Shown piece by piece: positions 1-11,297 of a DNA stretch of 64,000 nt. The DNA is from Neophaeotheca triangularis. Lineage: Eukaryota. The notes under the pieces were generated by a model, which saw nothing but the letters and a program-made list of their open reading frames with translations, did not search any database and was not told the DNA's origin. How positions within the stretch are numbered: the stretch's first letter is position 1; the number at the start of each line of letters is the position of its first letter. The DNA lies in NCBI GenBank assembly GCA_054600435.1, contig BAAIJX010000021.1, positions 62,001 through 126,000 on the forward strand, given 5' to 3'. A program made the position numbers and the translations under genes.

Positions 1-1204
1 CAGAGCTCGATTAAGTCAGAAGGTATAGCAGAAAGTCCTGGATGCTTTGGACCGGGGCCGATGCAACCGGGGCTCACAGCACCATCATTGCGATCATCGG
101 AGAGTTGTGCATTCTCCAGTCGCTTGCGGACAATCTTCCACACCCTTTGCAGACCGCGTTGCATCGCGAGCCATTGAAGGTCGAGGCTCGGGCTTTCGCT
201 CTTGCGCAGCGGCCAAGCTGACTCGATACGGTCGTCCGTCTCCACGGCGAAGATGACGGCAGCGGAGAGAAAGCCGGCAACGAGCCAGAGAGCCGTAGCA
301 TGTCCTCTAAGACACCCTGCAGAGAGTTCTGAGTTGAATAGGCTGCTCGCCTGGGCCCAGTGGTAGCATTCGAATGCCGTGCGCTTCTGAGGTCCACGCT
401 GCTTTAAATGGCGATCATGCATGGAAGCCAGCGTTTCCACGATGTGAAAGAGATAAGGGTGGGTACAGCAAAGCTCAAGCAGGTTGTGTCGCAATGCGAA
501 CACCACGTGAGAGGCCCCGAAGCTCACTTCAAGGGTCCGGTTTTGGAAGTGATTCAGGAGCTCGAGTTCGCGCGTACCTATGCTCTTGAATGGTTGGTCT
601 ATGGATAAGTAGTCGTCCCATCGTTGGTAGGCATTCTCCAAGGAGGCATTCAAGATACTCAGCATAGATTGGTTGGCCGAGGGAGAAAGTGGGAGCCATG
701 CAGAACTTTCTGTGTCGCGATCCTTGGTGTCCCGAAGTGTCTGCACAGGGTATCTGTCGCTACCAACGGCCCTGGGACTGGATTGTCTCCTATCGATCAA
801 GCGCCTAGAGTATTCAGTGATATCTTCTCGGCCTTGTGGCGGTCTCTGCGTCCGAGGAAGAACCTGCCACGTCGTATCGAACGTCTGCTCATACTGATAC
901 TGAAGCGTCTTCGGTACGCTTTTGCCGTATACGCAGACCAGTCGCATATTCTGGCAGTTCTGACATGTCGGCTTCGTTTCATCACACTATACTTCGATAT
1001 TAACCGATGTATTCAATTCACGCAGGCCGACGATCGAGAATCCGTGTCGATTCTGTACCCACCGGAGGGGGATATAATGAGTAAACGTACCTTGACGCCT
1101 CTTCCCTTACAGCTTCCGCATCCATTTCGCGACTTATGATGTCTCTTTCTCTTCCTTGCTAAGTCATCAGCCTCGCGCGCAGGCTGCGAACGCTTGGGTC
1201 CCAT
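1..1204 (-). CDS. Zn2Cys6 fungal transcription factor (UPC2/sterol-regulator-like architecture), 3' end outside window
   Basis: ATG at 1204. Intron 987..1090 (GTACGT...TAG) splits the cluster KSRNGCGSCKGRGVK|CDETKPTCQNCQNMRLVC (C-x2-C-x6-C-x6-C-x2-C-x6-C). Exon 2 stays open toward the window edge and contains RELELLNHF, typical of this family's middle region. Confidence 0.85.
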
Positions 1205-1625
1205 TGCGAGTGGACAGGCTCCGGTGACTCCGGTTGTGTAAAGATGGAGTGGGTCAGTGGCCTTCAATGAAGTGGCGGTGCGAGAGCATGCTTACATACT
1301 AACTCTCGGTGCTCGATCAGAAGCAGCCCGCTGCATGAGGTACGTACAGTAGCTACCTGGGCACATTGTGATTGTTGGCACACTGTGATTGTTAGAATGC
1401 AAGCGAGTCTCTAGGAATCCGATAAGTCGGAGTAATTCGATTAAGTACGCTTCAAAGCACGTGTTATGGGTATTGTACAGCTTATGGCTTGGTTACAGCA
1501 ACGCAGAGCGACACCCACAAGCCACGTCCTCGCCGATATCTCGCATGCTGGATAGCGCGCAAAGCAGCCCGTACGAAGATATGATGTTCGTCCCTCGGTA
1601 GCAACACGAACATGCAACTCTTCAC

Positions 1626-4600
1626 TCACTTCTTCGCCTTCCCCTTGCCCTTAGCGGCTCCTGTTGCTGCCTTGCCTCGCCCCTTCTTTGGCTTGACATC
1701 CTCCTCCTCGCTCGCATCTTCCATTTCCTCATCGCTGTCGTCCTTCGCCTTGCCTTTCCCTTTTGGCTTAGCAGCTGCCTTGCCCTTACCCTTCGGTGCA
1801 GCAGCAGCCCTCTTCTTTTTGGGCGCCTTGACATACTTGTCCTTGGTGAGGTCGTCTTCTTTGGCTTGCTCCTTAGCCTCCTTTTCTGGGTCAGCAGCAG
1901 CTTCGTCGTCAGACTCGTCGAGGGCTTCTTCGAGGTCAGGCTTGACTTTCGGCGCCGCTGTGGGAGCCACGACTTGGCTGGACTTGATGAAGGGAAGCGG
2001 ATGGGATTGAGCATTGTACCTGCAGCACACGAATCTGTTAGCAAGTTGGCCGGTCATCGTAAATGTAAGCAGGCTGATACTCACAGCCTTGTGAAGGTAG
2101 CTTTAGCTTGAGTCTCGATCTTGATCTTCTCCATGTCGAAAGTGCCCACACCGAGTTCCATGATAGCGTCCCAATCTTCTTTCGTCAAGTAGTAGCTATC
2201 CATGAGCTCGATAATCTCAGGCACTGCCTCTTTGCCCTCGGCTTCGAGCCTCTTGACAAGAAGCTCCCAAAGCAGGGGCATGTAAGTCTGCCGCACTTCA
2301 TGCCTATCACCCGATGTGCGGAGCCTCATGTGGCCTTGGATGTCCTTGATCAGGCGGACCAGTCTTCCCTGCTTGCTATTGTTGCCCATCCATTGTGTGA
2401 ACCGGGTCTGGTGGCCAGCCATACTGCCGTGAACATACGAAGCTGGGCGCACGAACGAGAAGACGGCGTGAGTCGGCATAAGTGACCACTGCTGCTGCGA
2501 GCCGTGGATCATTCGGTCGACAAGGTCGCCATCGCTAATGGAGTCTGCCGCCTTTGAGACAAGGTCGAGCTGCCTGAACGCTTTGCGCCTTCCTGCTTCT
2601 GTGTTTGAGCGCTGAGGATTGGTGCCCAGGTAATTCTCTTGCAACATTAACGGGGCAAAATCGTGGTCGTTGAAATAGAGCTCAATCTTTTCGTTCAATG
2701 TGCTCTTGCTCGCTGGATTGAAGAGACCGCCACCAAGAATCTTGCCAGTGAGATCCCACGGTTTCAGTACGATGTGCTTCTCCCACGCTTTGCTCATGTC
2801 TTTGCTGTCCTCGAACGAGAGAGACTGACTGTCCAGCTTCGAGGTTGAGATCATGTTGACGACTTGCCTGATGTCTGCGCCGGTCCCCTCGATGAGCGCG
2901 TTAATAACGTTTGGCGGCATCTTGAGGCCCTCGCGGAAGGCGATAGTCGAGATTCGGGAGCGAATCATCTCCGTGGTAGGCCGACGGAATCCAAGGTCGT
3001 ACGTGACGAAGTCGAAAGGCTTCATCTTGGGCTGCTTGCGATCATTGCAAATAAGAATCATGGGAATCTGTGCCTTTTTGCATACTGCTGCGAGAGCACC
3101 CACGCCGCCTCGGTCACCGGCAGACATGCCGTCGACCTCGTCCATGATCAAGCAGAGCTTTTTCTTGGAAGACTCAACGTCAGCGCCACCAGCGCCGAAG
3201 TAGCCCATCAAGGAAGTCGTAGAAAGAACACCCTTGAGTCCAGTCTCGACAAGCTTTTTGCTGCGTGTGTCAGAGGCGTTGGATTCAACAATGTCGAAGC
3301 CTTCAAGCTTGGCGATCAAATGGGCTGCGGTAGTCTTTCCAATACCAGGAGGGCCGTGGATCATGACAGCACGGTACATGCCACTGCCATCAGGGCCCGG
3401 TAGCTTGAAATTCGTGCGCTGATTTTTTGGAAAAGCTCTGAGCCAGCGCTGTAGCTTCTCTACTTGGCCCTTGTTGCCACAAATCTGATTGACGGATTGT
3501 GGAGCATACTTCACCGTCCACAGCCGGCTGTCTGGTCCTACTTCAGACTGCTTGCCCTTGTCTTGAGAGGCTGCACTAGAACCTGTGGCACCGTTCTGAG
3601 ATGGCTTGGGCTTAGAAGACGTAGCTTGAGCACGCTCTTGCTTCTCCATTTCCGCAGCTGCCTTGCGAATCTGTTCTTCCTCTTTGGCAACCTTGTCGGC
3701 CTGCTTTTCAGCAGCCGCAGAGTCGCCGCCATTTGCAGGCAGCCTTGAGATGAGCGCAAAGAGGCCTTCTTCGTTGATGACCTTAAGCTGATAGTCTTTG
3801 ATGGTCTGCAACTTCTTCGGACCTGCATCCTCACCAAGCACAACGTAACTAGTTTTCTTCGAAGGCGCCGCCATGCACTTGCCGCCATATTGCTTGACGA
3901 GGTTTTGGCCTTGATCACGTCCAAGACTCTGCAGCTGACCGGTGAAAACGAAGCTGAGTCCGGCTAGACAGTTCTCCTGGCCAGTAGGTAGATCGTTGAA
4001 ATCGAGCGCACCGGCAGGCATAGCAGAATTGGCGTGCTGGCCGAACTGAAACTTCTTCTTCTCGCCGTCTGGGCCTGGCGGCTCCGGTGCATCAATAGTA
4101 GGTATGTCGTCCAGGATGCCTTTGATCTCAGCGCTGTCCTGTGGCTCCTCTTTCTTCGTTTTCTTAGCTGGTGCCTTCTTCGGGGCGGCCTTTTGCTTCT
4201 TGGCTGCCGGCTTCTCCTCAACCTCCAAATCTTCGTCGTCTTCATCGTCGATCGCAGTCGACTTGCGTTTGCTCGCGCCTTTAGCTGGGGCCTTCTTCGC
4301 AGGCTTGTCCTTGACAATTTCCTCGTCATCGTCAGGCACCACGAAATCGTCTTCTGGCTTGTCATCCTTCATATCGACATCGCCATCAGGATCATAGTCA
4401 TCCTCATCCTCCCGCTTGAGTGCCTTTTGCTTGCCAGCCGATCTCTTCTGTGGGACAAGAGGCTTGTCATCTTCGCCATCCGTAGCTTCCTCGTAGCCAT
4501 CGCCGGCCTTCCTGCCAGTTGCAGCCGAAGCTTTGAACACGTCGTCCTTGTCATCCTCCATGTCATCGTCGGGGAAGTCATTGATGTCTAGTTCGGCGTA

Positions 4601-4981
4601 GTTTGTCGTAGCTTTCTTCCTGGCGGAAGACCGTTCACTGGGAGTTGTTTTGCTTTCTTTGGCCTTGGAGGTGCCCTTCTTCGGCGTGGACTTGGTCGTC
4701 TCATCGCTCGCAGGCTTGCCTTTCTTCAATACTTCGGAACGTTTGGGCTTGCTACCCTTGCCGAAATAGTCCGCAGTGGTCGTTTCTTCGAGCTCAGGCG
4801 TCTGTTCCTTTTTGGCCGTCTTCTTCGGTGTAGCCTTTTTAGGAGCCGGCTCATCCTCGTCGTCTTCGTCGACAACCTTGCGCGCCCGTCCACGCTTGTT
4901 CGGCTTTTCCGGTTCCTTGGGCTTCTCGGCGGGGGTGCCCGCGGGTTTGCCCCCAAAGAAGGAGCGGATGTCGCTAGGCAT
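1626..4981 (-). CDS. RFC1: Replication factor C large subunit
   Basis: BRCT domain (CLAGLSFVFTG...), Walker A GPPGIGKTT, SNASDTR, Walker B MDEVDGM, RFC1 C-terminal domain. Intron 2020..2084 (GTGAGT...CAG) joins ATFTRL to YNAQSHPLPF and a Lys-rich tail. Confidence 0.97.
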
Positions 4982-5027
4982 TGCGATGGGTTTGAGCGGC
5001 TTGGTGGTATCTATTTGTAGTACATTG

Positions 5028-5158
5028 ACGCGACCTGCTCTCCAATGTCCGATGTCGAGTTAAGAAGGATTGAATGTAGATAAAGTGCAGCTCAATCACA
5101 GCCAGGCAATTGAGTACCTTCCTATTCCGCCAGACGCGTGCCTGCCGGGAAACGCGAA
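5028..5158. promoter_or_regulatory. MCB-like (ACGCG) cell-cycle elements in the RFC1/MRPL16 divergent promoter
   Basis: ACGCGT at 5134..5139, ACGCGAA at 5152..5158 and ACGCG at about 5028..5032, upstream of a DNA replication gene. Confidence 0.5.
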
Positions 5159-5366
5159 GCGTTGTGTCACGCACGGAAGTGGCCCGCTTGCACCGCCGAT
5201 TGGCCCCGCGCAACCTCACGCTCGACTTCATCCTTTGATGCCAAGACTCGGAGGTTGACGTTCGTTCCATACTGGCTACACCAAACACTGAGGCACATCA
5301 CGACTACTTGTGCCACTCTGTACAGCTCCCTGAGTGCTGGACGGACTCGTTACCTCGCCATCCATC

Positions 5367-6158
5367 ATGGCCGCCCCTCGCGTGCGAACAGCACTGCCGT
5401 CCTTCTCCCCTCCCTCCTTCACAGCTAGAGCATGTTGTAAGTCGCATCAACGATTGATGCATACGCAAGACCATCCCGCTGACATGGCATTAGGCCTACG
5501 AAGCACTCTCCAAGCCATGTCTGGCTCCTTCCAGCGCCCCGCCCCCTCCAACACCATCCGCGCCTTCTCCAGCACCCCGTCAAACTCAAACTGGCTTGCT
5601 CCCAAAGCTGGCGAATCGAAGAAATCTCGCAAAGGGCGGCCACGAGTCCCCATAGGCGGCAGCACTCGTGGCACAACGCTCGTCTGGGGCGACTACGGCA
5701 TCCGTCTCCGCGACCACGACCGTAGAGTCTCTGCTCAACAGCTCAAGATCGCCGACGAGACCATCCGTAAGCGCCTGCGAGGCATGAAATACCGCCTCTA
5801 TCACCGCGTCAGCGCAAACATAGGCGTCTACACCTCGGGTAACGAGAGCCGTATGGGAAAGGGAAAGGGCACATTCGACTACTGGTGTTGCCGACCGCAC
5901 GTGAGCAAGATTCTGTTCGAGCTCAAGGGGGATGTGCACGAGCAGGTCGTGAGAGACGCTATGAGATTGGCTGGTAACAAGTTGCCGGGCTTGTACGAGT
6001 TTGTGAGGAAGGGCGACCCGCCAGTCATGGGTATCACCAAGCTTGAAAACGGGGTGACAGAGCAGAGCTTGAAGATGGCGAGGCGGCCACTTCCTGGGCC
6101 GAGTCTGGATGCTACTGCGAACAAGATACCGTCAACGACGCCAGGAACGTCGAGCTGA
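5367..6158 (+). CDS. MRPL16: Mitochondrial ribosomal protein uL16m
   Basis: uL16 motifs WGDYGIRL and RMGKGKGTFDYW; Arg/Ser-rich presequence; probable 57-nt intron 5437..5493 (GTAAGT...GCTGAC...TAG). Confidence 0.93.
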   Translation: MAAPRVRTALPSFSPPSFTARACCKSHQRLMHTQDHPADMALGLRSTLQAMSGSFQRPAPSNTIRAFSSTPSNSNWLAPKAGESKKSRKGRPRVPIGGSTRGTTLVWGDYGIRLRDHDRRVSAQQLKIADETIRKRLRGMKYRLYHRVSANIGVYTSGNESRMGKGKGTFDYWCCRPHVSKILFELKGDVHEQVVRDAMRLAGNKLPGLYEFVRKGDPPVMGITKLENGVTEQSLKMARRPLPGPSLDATANKIPSTTPGTSS

Positions 6159-6614
6159 GCTCGAGGCGTGGCAATGTACTATGGCATGTACTACTATGAA
6201 GATTCAAACCACCTGATGTTCAATAGCGCTTGCACCTGCTGGCCTCATCCCATGTATGTTAGTCAATAGTGTGGGGGCATGATGTTGCCGGACCAAGAAT
6301 AGTCGGCGATGACTGCATTTCAACCTTTCAAGGGTCAGGCAAACATGAGGGAACTACTAGACAGGACGCTTTATCCCATTGCTTTGTCTACAGATGCACG
6401 TTAATAGGGGTTATAAATCTCGCAGGACCCGTGGAACGAAGAAAGAAATCGAGGGAACCTTGTAAATCATTTCTGTTTCATAGTCGCATTTTCTATCTAA
6501 CCGCAACCTTACGCGCGAAACAAATCACATGCAGAACAGGTATCTTTACATGACCGTCAGCCGCCAGCTTGGCAGCTCATCGCCACTTTACCATGCGAGC
6601 AAGACGTGTACAGC

Positions 6615-8891
6615 TTAAAACCTCAAATCCCAGCCGATCTTGGGGCCGATCTTAGGGAGCTCCTCTGCCACACTCTGAACATCCTTGTCACCACGTCCAC
6701 TGAGGCAAATGACAATGTTCTCGTCCTTGCTCATGGTCTTGGCTAGTTCAACAGCCCCGAAGATGGCGTGGCTGGTTTCCAGTGCAGGGATGATGCCCTC
6801 CGTCTCGCTCAATGCACGGAACCCGATGAAAGCCTCGGCATCAGTCGCAGCGACGAATTTGGCCCTCTCGCTGTCTTTCCAGCCGCTCAGTTCTGGGCCG
6901 ACACCAGGGTAGTCGAGACCAGCAGACACACTGTGCGTCTCGGATACTTGGCCCTCGGGAGATTGGAGGATGTACGTCCTCACTCCGTGAAGAACACCAG
7001 GTTTGCCGCCGGTAAGCGTAGCAGAGTGTCTCGCAGTCTCAACGCCATCGCCACCAGCTTCCACGCCGAGGAGCTTGACGCTTGTGTCTTCGGCGAAAGG
7101 ATGGAACATGCCCGCAGCATTCGATCCACCACCGACGCATGCAACAACAGCATCTGGCAGACGACCAGTCTGCTCTTGCATCTGCTCCTTCGTCTCGCTT
7201 CCGATGACGGATTGGAAAGTTCGGACAATGGTAGGGAATGGGTGAGGGCCGATCGCCGAGCCGATGATGTAGTGAGTAGTGTCAAGCTGCTCCACCCACT
7301 TACGCATGGCTTCGTTGACGGCATCTCTCAAAGTTCTGCTGCCTGCATCCACCGCAAAGACGCTAGCACCGAGCAATTTGATGCGGAAGACATTCAGTGC
7401 CTGTCGACGCACGTCCTCGGCGCCCATGAAAATGGTGCACTTCAACCCCATCAAAGCACAAACAGTAGCAGTGGCCACGCCGTGCTGGCCAGCACCGGTC
7501 TCGGCGATGATTTCAGTCTTGCCGATGCGTTTAGCAAGGAGGATCTGGCCAAGCGCATTGTTGATCTTGTGGGATCCAGTGTGGTTGAGGTCCTCGCGTT
7601 TCAAGTAGATGTTGGCTCCCTTGCCGTCCGGACAGTGCTTGCGAACATACTGCTCGGTCAGTCGTGATGCAAGGTGGAGAGACGAGGGCCGAGACATGTA
7701 GGCGTAGTATGAACGATACTCTTCCCAAAATTTTGGGTCGTTTCTAGCTTCGTTGAAACCTTGCTCAAGTTCAGCAAGACAGTCCATGAGAGATTCAGGA
7801 ACGTATTGACCGCCAAACTGGCCGAATCGAGAAGGCAGAGCATTTTCGTCGGTACCCTCCCCTGCATTCAAGGCTTCCAACTGATCCGCAAGGCCAGGGC
7901 CATCCTCGCCTTTCACCACGCCATCCACATGGACAGCACCGTTGGAGGGATCGCTCTGGTCGGCAGACTGCTTTGTGGGGTCCGCAGTCGAAATATCTTT
8001 GGGAGCTTCGCCGTTCTCGTGTGTGATCCAGCCGCTGCCATCGCCGTTCGGGTTTGCATCAGTGCTGATTCCGTTGCCGTTGGGCACGTGAGGCTCGCCC
8101 TTGCGCTCTGTGATGTAGTGGCAGTACTCCTCGACAGCCTTACCAACTTGACCCTTCTCTGCCTTGCCAACGGTAGTGATGATTTGACTCCCGATTACAA
8201 CACCTTCACTGGACTTTCCAACTTGCACAAAGTGCTCGCGCGTGCTGACACCAAAGCCGACAGCGGCCGGCACACCTCCAGAGAACTTGTGCACCTTTCC
8301 TACCAACTCGTCCAGCCCTGAACTCAGTTCGCCCGTGGCTCCAGTGACACCCATTCTGGAAACAACATATATGAAAGAATCGGCGATGGTGCACAGAAGC
8401 TTCATCCGCTTCTCACTTGTCGCAGGAGCGATTAACGGCACATACGACAGCCCGTAGCTCTTACAGTGTCCTCTGAACCGGACAGCCTCCTCGGGCGGTA
8501 GATCTACCATGATGAAACCGTTGACACCAGCAGCCTTTGAGTCTTTGAGCATCTTTTCTTCTCCGTACGCCAGTAGAGGGTTGTAGTAACCCATGAGCAA
8601 CACAGGCGCCCTCAGACCTCTCCGACGAGCTTCTCGAACAATGTTAAGACAGGTGATGGTATTGGTTCCATTCTTCAAGGCTTGCGTGTTGGCTCTTTGG
8701 ATCGTAGGGCCGTCTGCAATCGGGTCTGTGAAAGGGGTGCCGAGCTCTATCACGTCTGAACCACCGGCTTCCATCCCAAGGAGGATATCGGGCGTCTCCT
8801 CGATAGTGGGATAGCCGGCAGTGACATAGGTGACTAAGGCCGGTCGATTCTCGCTCTTCGCACGAGCGAAGGCTGCTTTGATTCCCTCCAT
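6615..8891 (-). CDS. TRP5: Bifunctional tryptophan synthase (alpha-beta fusion)
   Basis: Intronless 758-aa ORF. Alpha motifs [13 protein letters not shown] and GFGVST; beta PLP motif [10 protein letters not shown], plus ETGAGQHG and GGGSN. Confidence 0.98.
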   Translation of the reverse strand: MEGIKAAFARAKSENRPALVTYVTAGYPTIEETPDILLGMEAGGSDVIELGTPFTDPIADGPTIQRANTQALKNGTNTITCLNIVREARRRGLRAPVLLMGYYNPLLAYGEEKMLKDSKAAGVNGFIMVDLPPEEAVRFRGHCKSYGLSYVPLIAPATSEKRMKLLCTIADSFIYVVSRMGVTGATGELSSGLDELVGKVHKFSGGVPAAVGFGVSTREHFVQVGKSSEGVVIGSQIITTVGKAEKGQVGKAVEEYCHYITERKGEPHVPNGNGISTDANPNGDGSGWITHENGEAPKDISTADPTKQSADQSDPSNGAVHVDGVVKGEDGPGLADQLEALNAGEGTDENALPSRFGQFGGQYVPESLMDCLAELEQGFNEARNDPKFWEEYRSYYAYMSRPSSLHLASRLTEQYVRKHCPDGKGANIYLKREDLNHTGSHKINNALGQILLAKRIGKTEIIAETGAGQHGVATATVCALMGLKCTIFMGAEDVRRQALNVFRIKLLGASVFAVDAGSRTLRDAVNEAMRKWVEQLDTTHYIIGSAIGPHPFPTIVRTFQSVIGSETKEQMQEQTGRLPDAVVACVGGGSNAAGMFHPFAEDTSVKLLGVEAGGDGVETARHSATLTGGKPGVLHGVRTYILQSPEGQVSETHSVSAGLDYPGVGPELSGWKDSERAKFVAATDAEAFIGFRALSETEGIIPALETSHAIFGAVELAKTMSKDENIVICLSGRGDKDVQSVAEELPKIGPKIGWDLRF

Positions 8892-9094
8892 GGTGGAAAG
8901 GCTTCGTTCGAGTCAGAGAGTGTGCGTATGCTGTTGTTCTTCGTATCGCGGAATGGGTCACTCGGCAGGATCACAACCAGAGACGGAACGACTGATAGGG
9001 CTGAACGAATGTTCTTCGAGTGTATGTTTGTAATCGGCAATGTACTGGGTGAGTGTAGAGGTTGGTTTGGGCGAAAGTGGGCGGTAGAAGAAAG

Positions 9095-9101
9095 TGAGTC
9101 A
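9095..9101. promoter_or_regulatory. Gcn4/CpcA (cross-pathway control) response element TGAGTCA
   Basis: Perfect TGA(C/G)TCA about 200 bp upstream of the tryptophan synthase ATG (8891, minus strand). Confidence 0.7.
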
Positions 9102-9640
9102 ATAATCAACCACAACCTTTAGCGGCAGCTGGAGCCATTGAACACGGCGGCATGATTTCGCGGGGCATAAATTTGATAGCATGACGCTCTGAATCCTCCG
9201 TGACCGGCAGGGTTCAGCCCCCGATTCCGAAGTACCTTACTTACATAAGGTACCTAGCAATCAATGAATCTTCCAATTCTTTAATTATCACCTGAGATTA
9301 ATCTTGACGAGAAGAGGTCAAGGTTGACATTTGGACGTGCGGGTGAAGTCATCATCACTAGTTCTCATACCACGGCTGTACAACCCAATTCTGCACTGAA
9401 TCTGGCTATCTTGCAACAATTAGCCTCTACGGGCCAGTTGGGACCCTGGTATGCTCTCTCTGAAATGTGAATATCCTTGTCGTGGTACTCGATCCAACCC
9501 GCTACTCCTCTAATGTCCCCCAAATTTGTGTTCTCGAGACCTCTACGAGCCTCCTTTGAGAGCCTCGTCGTAGTGCAAATTCAAAGCTTATGTTGCAACA
9601 CCCCTCTCATTGAGACGGACGCCCCTGGGAGCCGCGCGCT

Positions 9641-10296
9641 CTACCGAACAGACTGTCCTTGCCCTGTCACCCCTCGTCCACCGCTCCGGTCTACCATGAC
9701 ATAGTCATCCCCCCTTCCACTGTATGATCTGGGTGTCTCCGGCATTTGGCCTGGCATGTTGCTCATCATCTCCGCTGTTCCTCCACGGCCGGGCTGCGGT
9801 CTTCCTCCTCCGCCTGTAGGCGGCCTCTCTTCCGGATACGTCGGTACTTGGCCCAATGGGCTCAGCCGCGATGCTCCGGCCTCTGCGCCTGGTGTTCGTG
9901 ACGAGGAAGAGCTCGCATCGGGCTGCGTCTGGGTTTTACGGGTGGGGGAAGAGGTTCGAGAAACCTTGGCGAGACGCTGTTCGGTCTCCTTCAGGCGTAC
10001 TTCAAGTTCCTCCAATTCTTTGGCGCTATTGGTTACGGTACGCTTCCTGGGAGACATCAGCATCACATGTAGAGCTGGAAGGGGAGCGCCGCAACCGACT
10101 TTTCTTCAACGCCCTCCGACATGCCGTCAACCCCGCCACTGAGGCCAAACATTGATTCGAGCTCAGTTGCAAAGGACTGGGCGATGGTGCTGGGCAGGTG
10201 TCAGTATTAATGCTGCCTGCAAGAGAGGTTGATCGCATCAACGTACGACTCCGGTCGCGGGGAGGATGTCCTCTGTTGCGAATCGCCGCCCTCCAT
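9641..10296 (-). CDS. Small hypothetical protein with a coiled-coil segment
   Basis: ATG 10296; introns 10190..10246 and 10047..10099 give the open product MEGGDSQQRTSSPRPESTIAQSFATELESMFGLSGGVDGMSEGVEEKKRTVTNSAKELEELEVRLKETEQRLAK..., followed by a low-complexity tail. Confidence 0.75.
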
Positions 10297-10810
10297 GGTG
10301 GTGAATTTGCAGTTGGTTGCGCTGTAGTGTGTTGGGCGGCAGTGGTGACGGATGGTAGATTATCTGAAGCCGTGTAATGAAGCAGGTGATGTATGACTAC
10401 GCGCCAACCTTGGTTGCAGTAATGCCCAGGGCATCCGAGAAAGGGTGTCGCGAAGGCGGTCCTGAGGTAGAGCTTGCGCGGTCACGAGTGCGAAGCAAGG
10501 GAAGAGCAATGGGGTGGGGAGGGGGGGTTGACACTTCAATCGCCTGGTGGAAGAACAGCTGTTGATGGTACGAGCTCGGTAGAAGGGTGGAGGTCCAGCA
10601 TCTACAGTACGAATGGGACGGATGGCAGAGGAATGATGGGTTGAGAGACGAGGGTGATGGATGATGGGCGAGCTATGAGCAGCGACTGGCTCGTTGTCAG
10701 GGGACCCCTTTGATTTATTACCTATTGTTGCATACCTAAGGTACTAGTAGTAAGTGGTACACGGGTACAGCGCGGAGAGAGGTCTGTTTGACTTTTGGGG
10801 AGGGACACCT

Positions 10811-10977
10811 CATGCTCATGCTCATGCTCATGCTCATGCTCTCGCCCGCCGCTCGGGATTCGGGAGTGCCAAGGGAAGCAAATTCATGCCTGACTTTTGA
10901 GGCATCACAAAATACGGTGCGCTTTTGGAAAGACGGGAGACGGAACGAGGCCTTCTTGTCCCCGGTCGCAAAATGAA

Positions 10978-11009
<32 letters not shown>

Positions 11010-11085
11010 CAGTGGGAGTCAAAGTGAACGTGTGCTCACGACTCAAAGATCACCATCACCATCATCATCATCATCATCATCATCA
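10811..11085. repeat. Microsatellite cluster: (CATGCT)5, (AGCC)8, (CAY)11
   Basis: Read directly at 10811..10840, 10978..11009 and 11051..11085. Confidence 0.95.
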
Positions 11086-11297
11086 AAGGCCATCTGCATC
11101 TTACAAGCACCTCACGCCGATGATGCCACTGCTCGATTAAACCCATCTGCTCGCTACCTTGGCCTGCCTTCACTGCTACCTTTGCGCGACACAGTGAAGG
11201 CAAATAATGAGCGTGCTCGACACCTGCAACGCTGGCTCCCTTTCCACCCCCTCCGCAGGCGCGCTTACACAGCGAAGCCCATCTCTTCACAAGCTTC

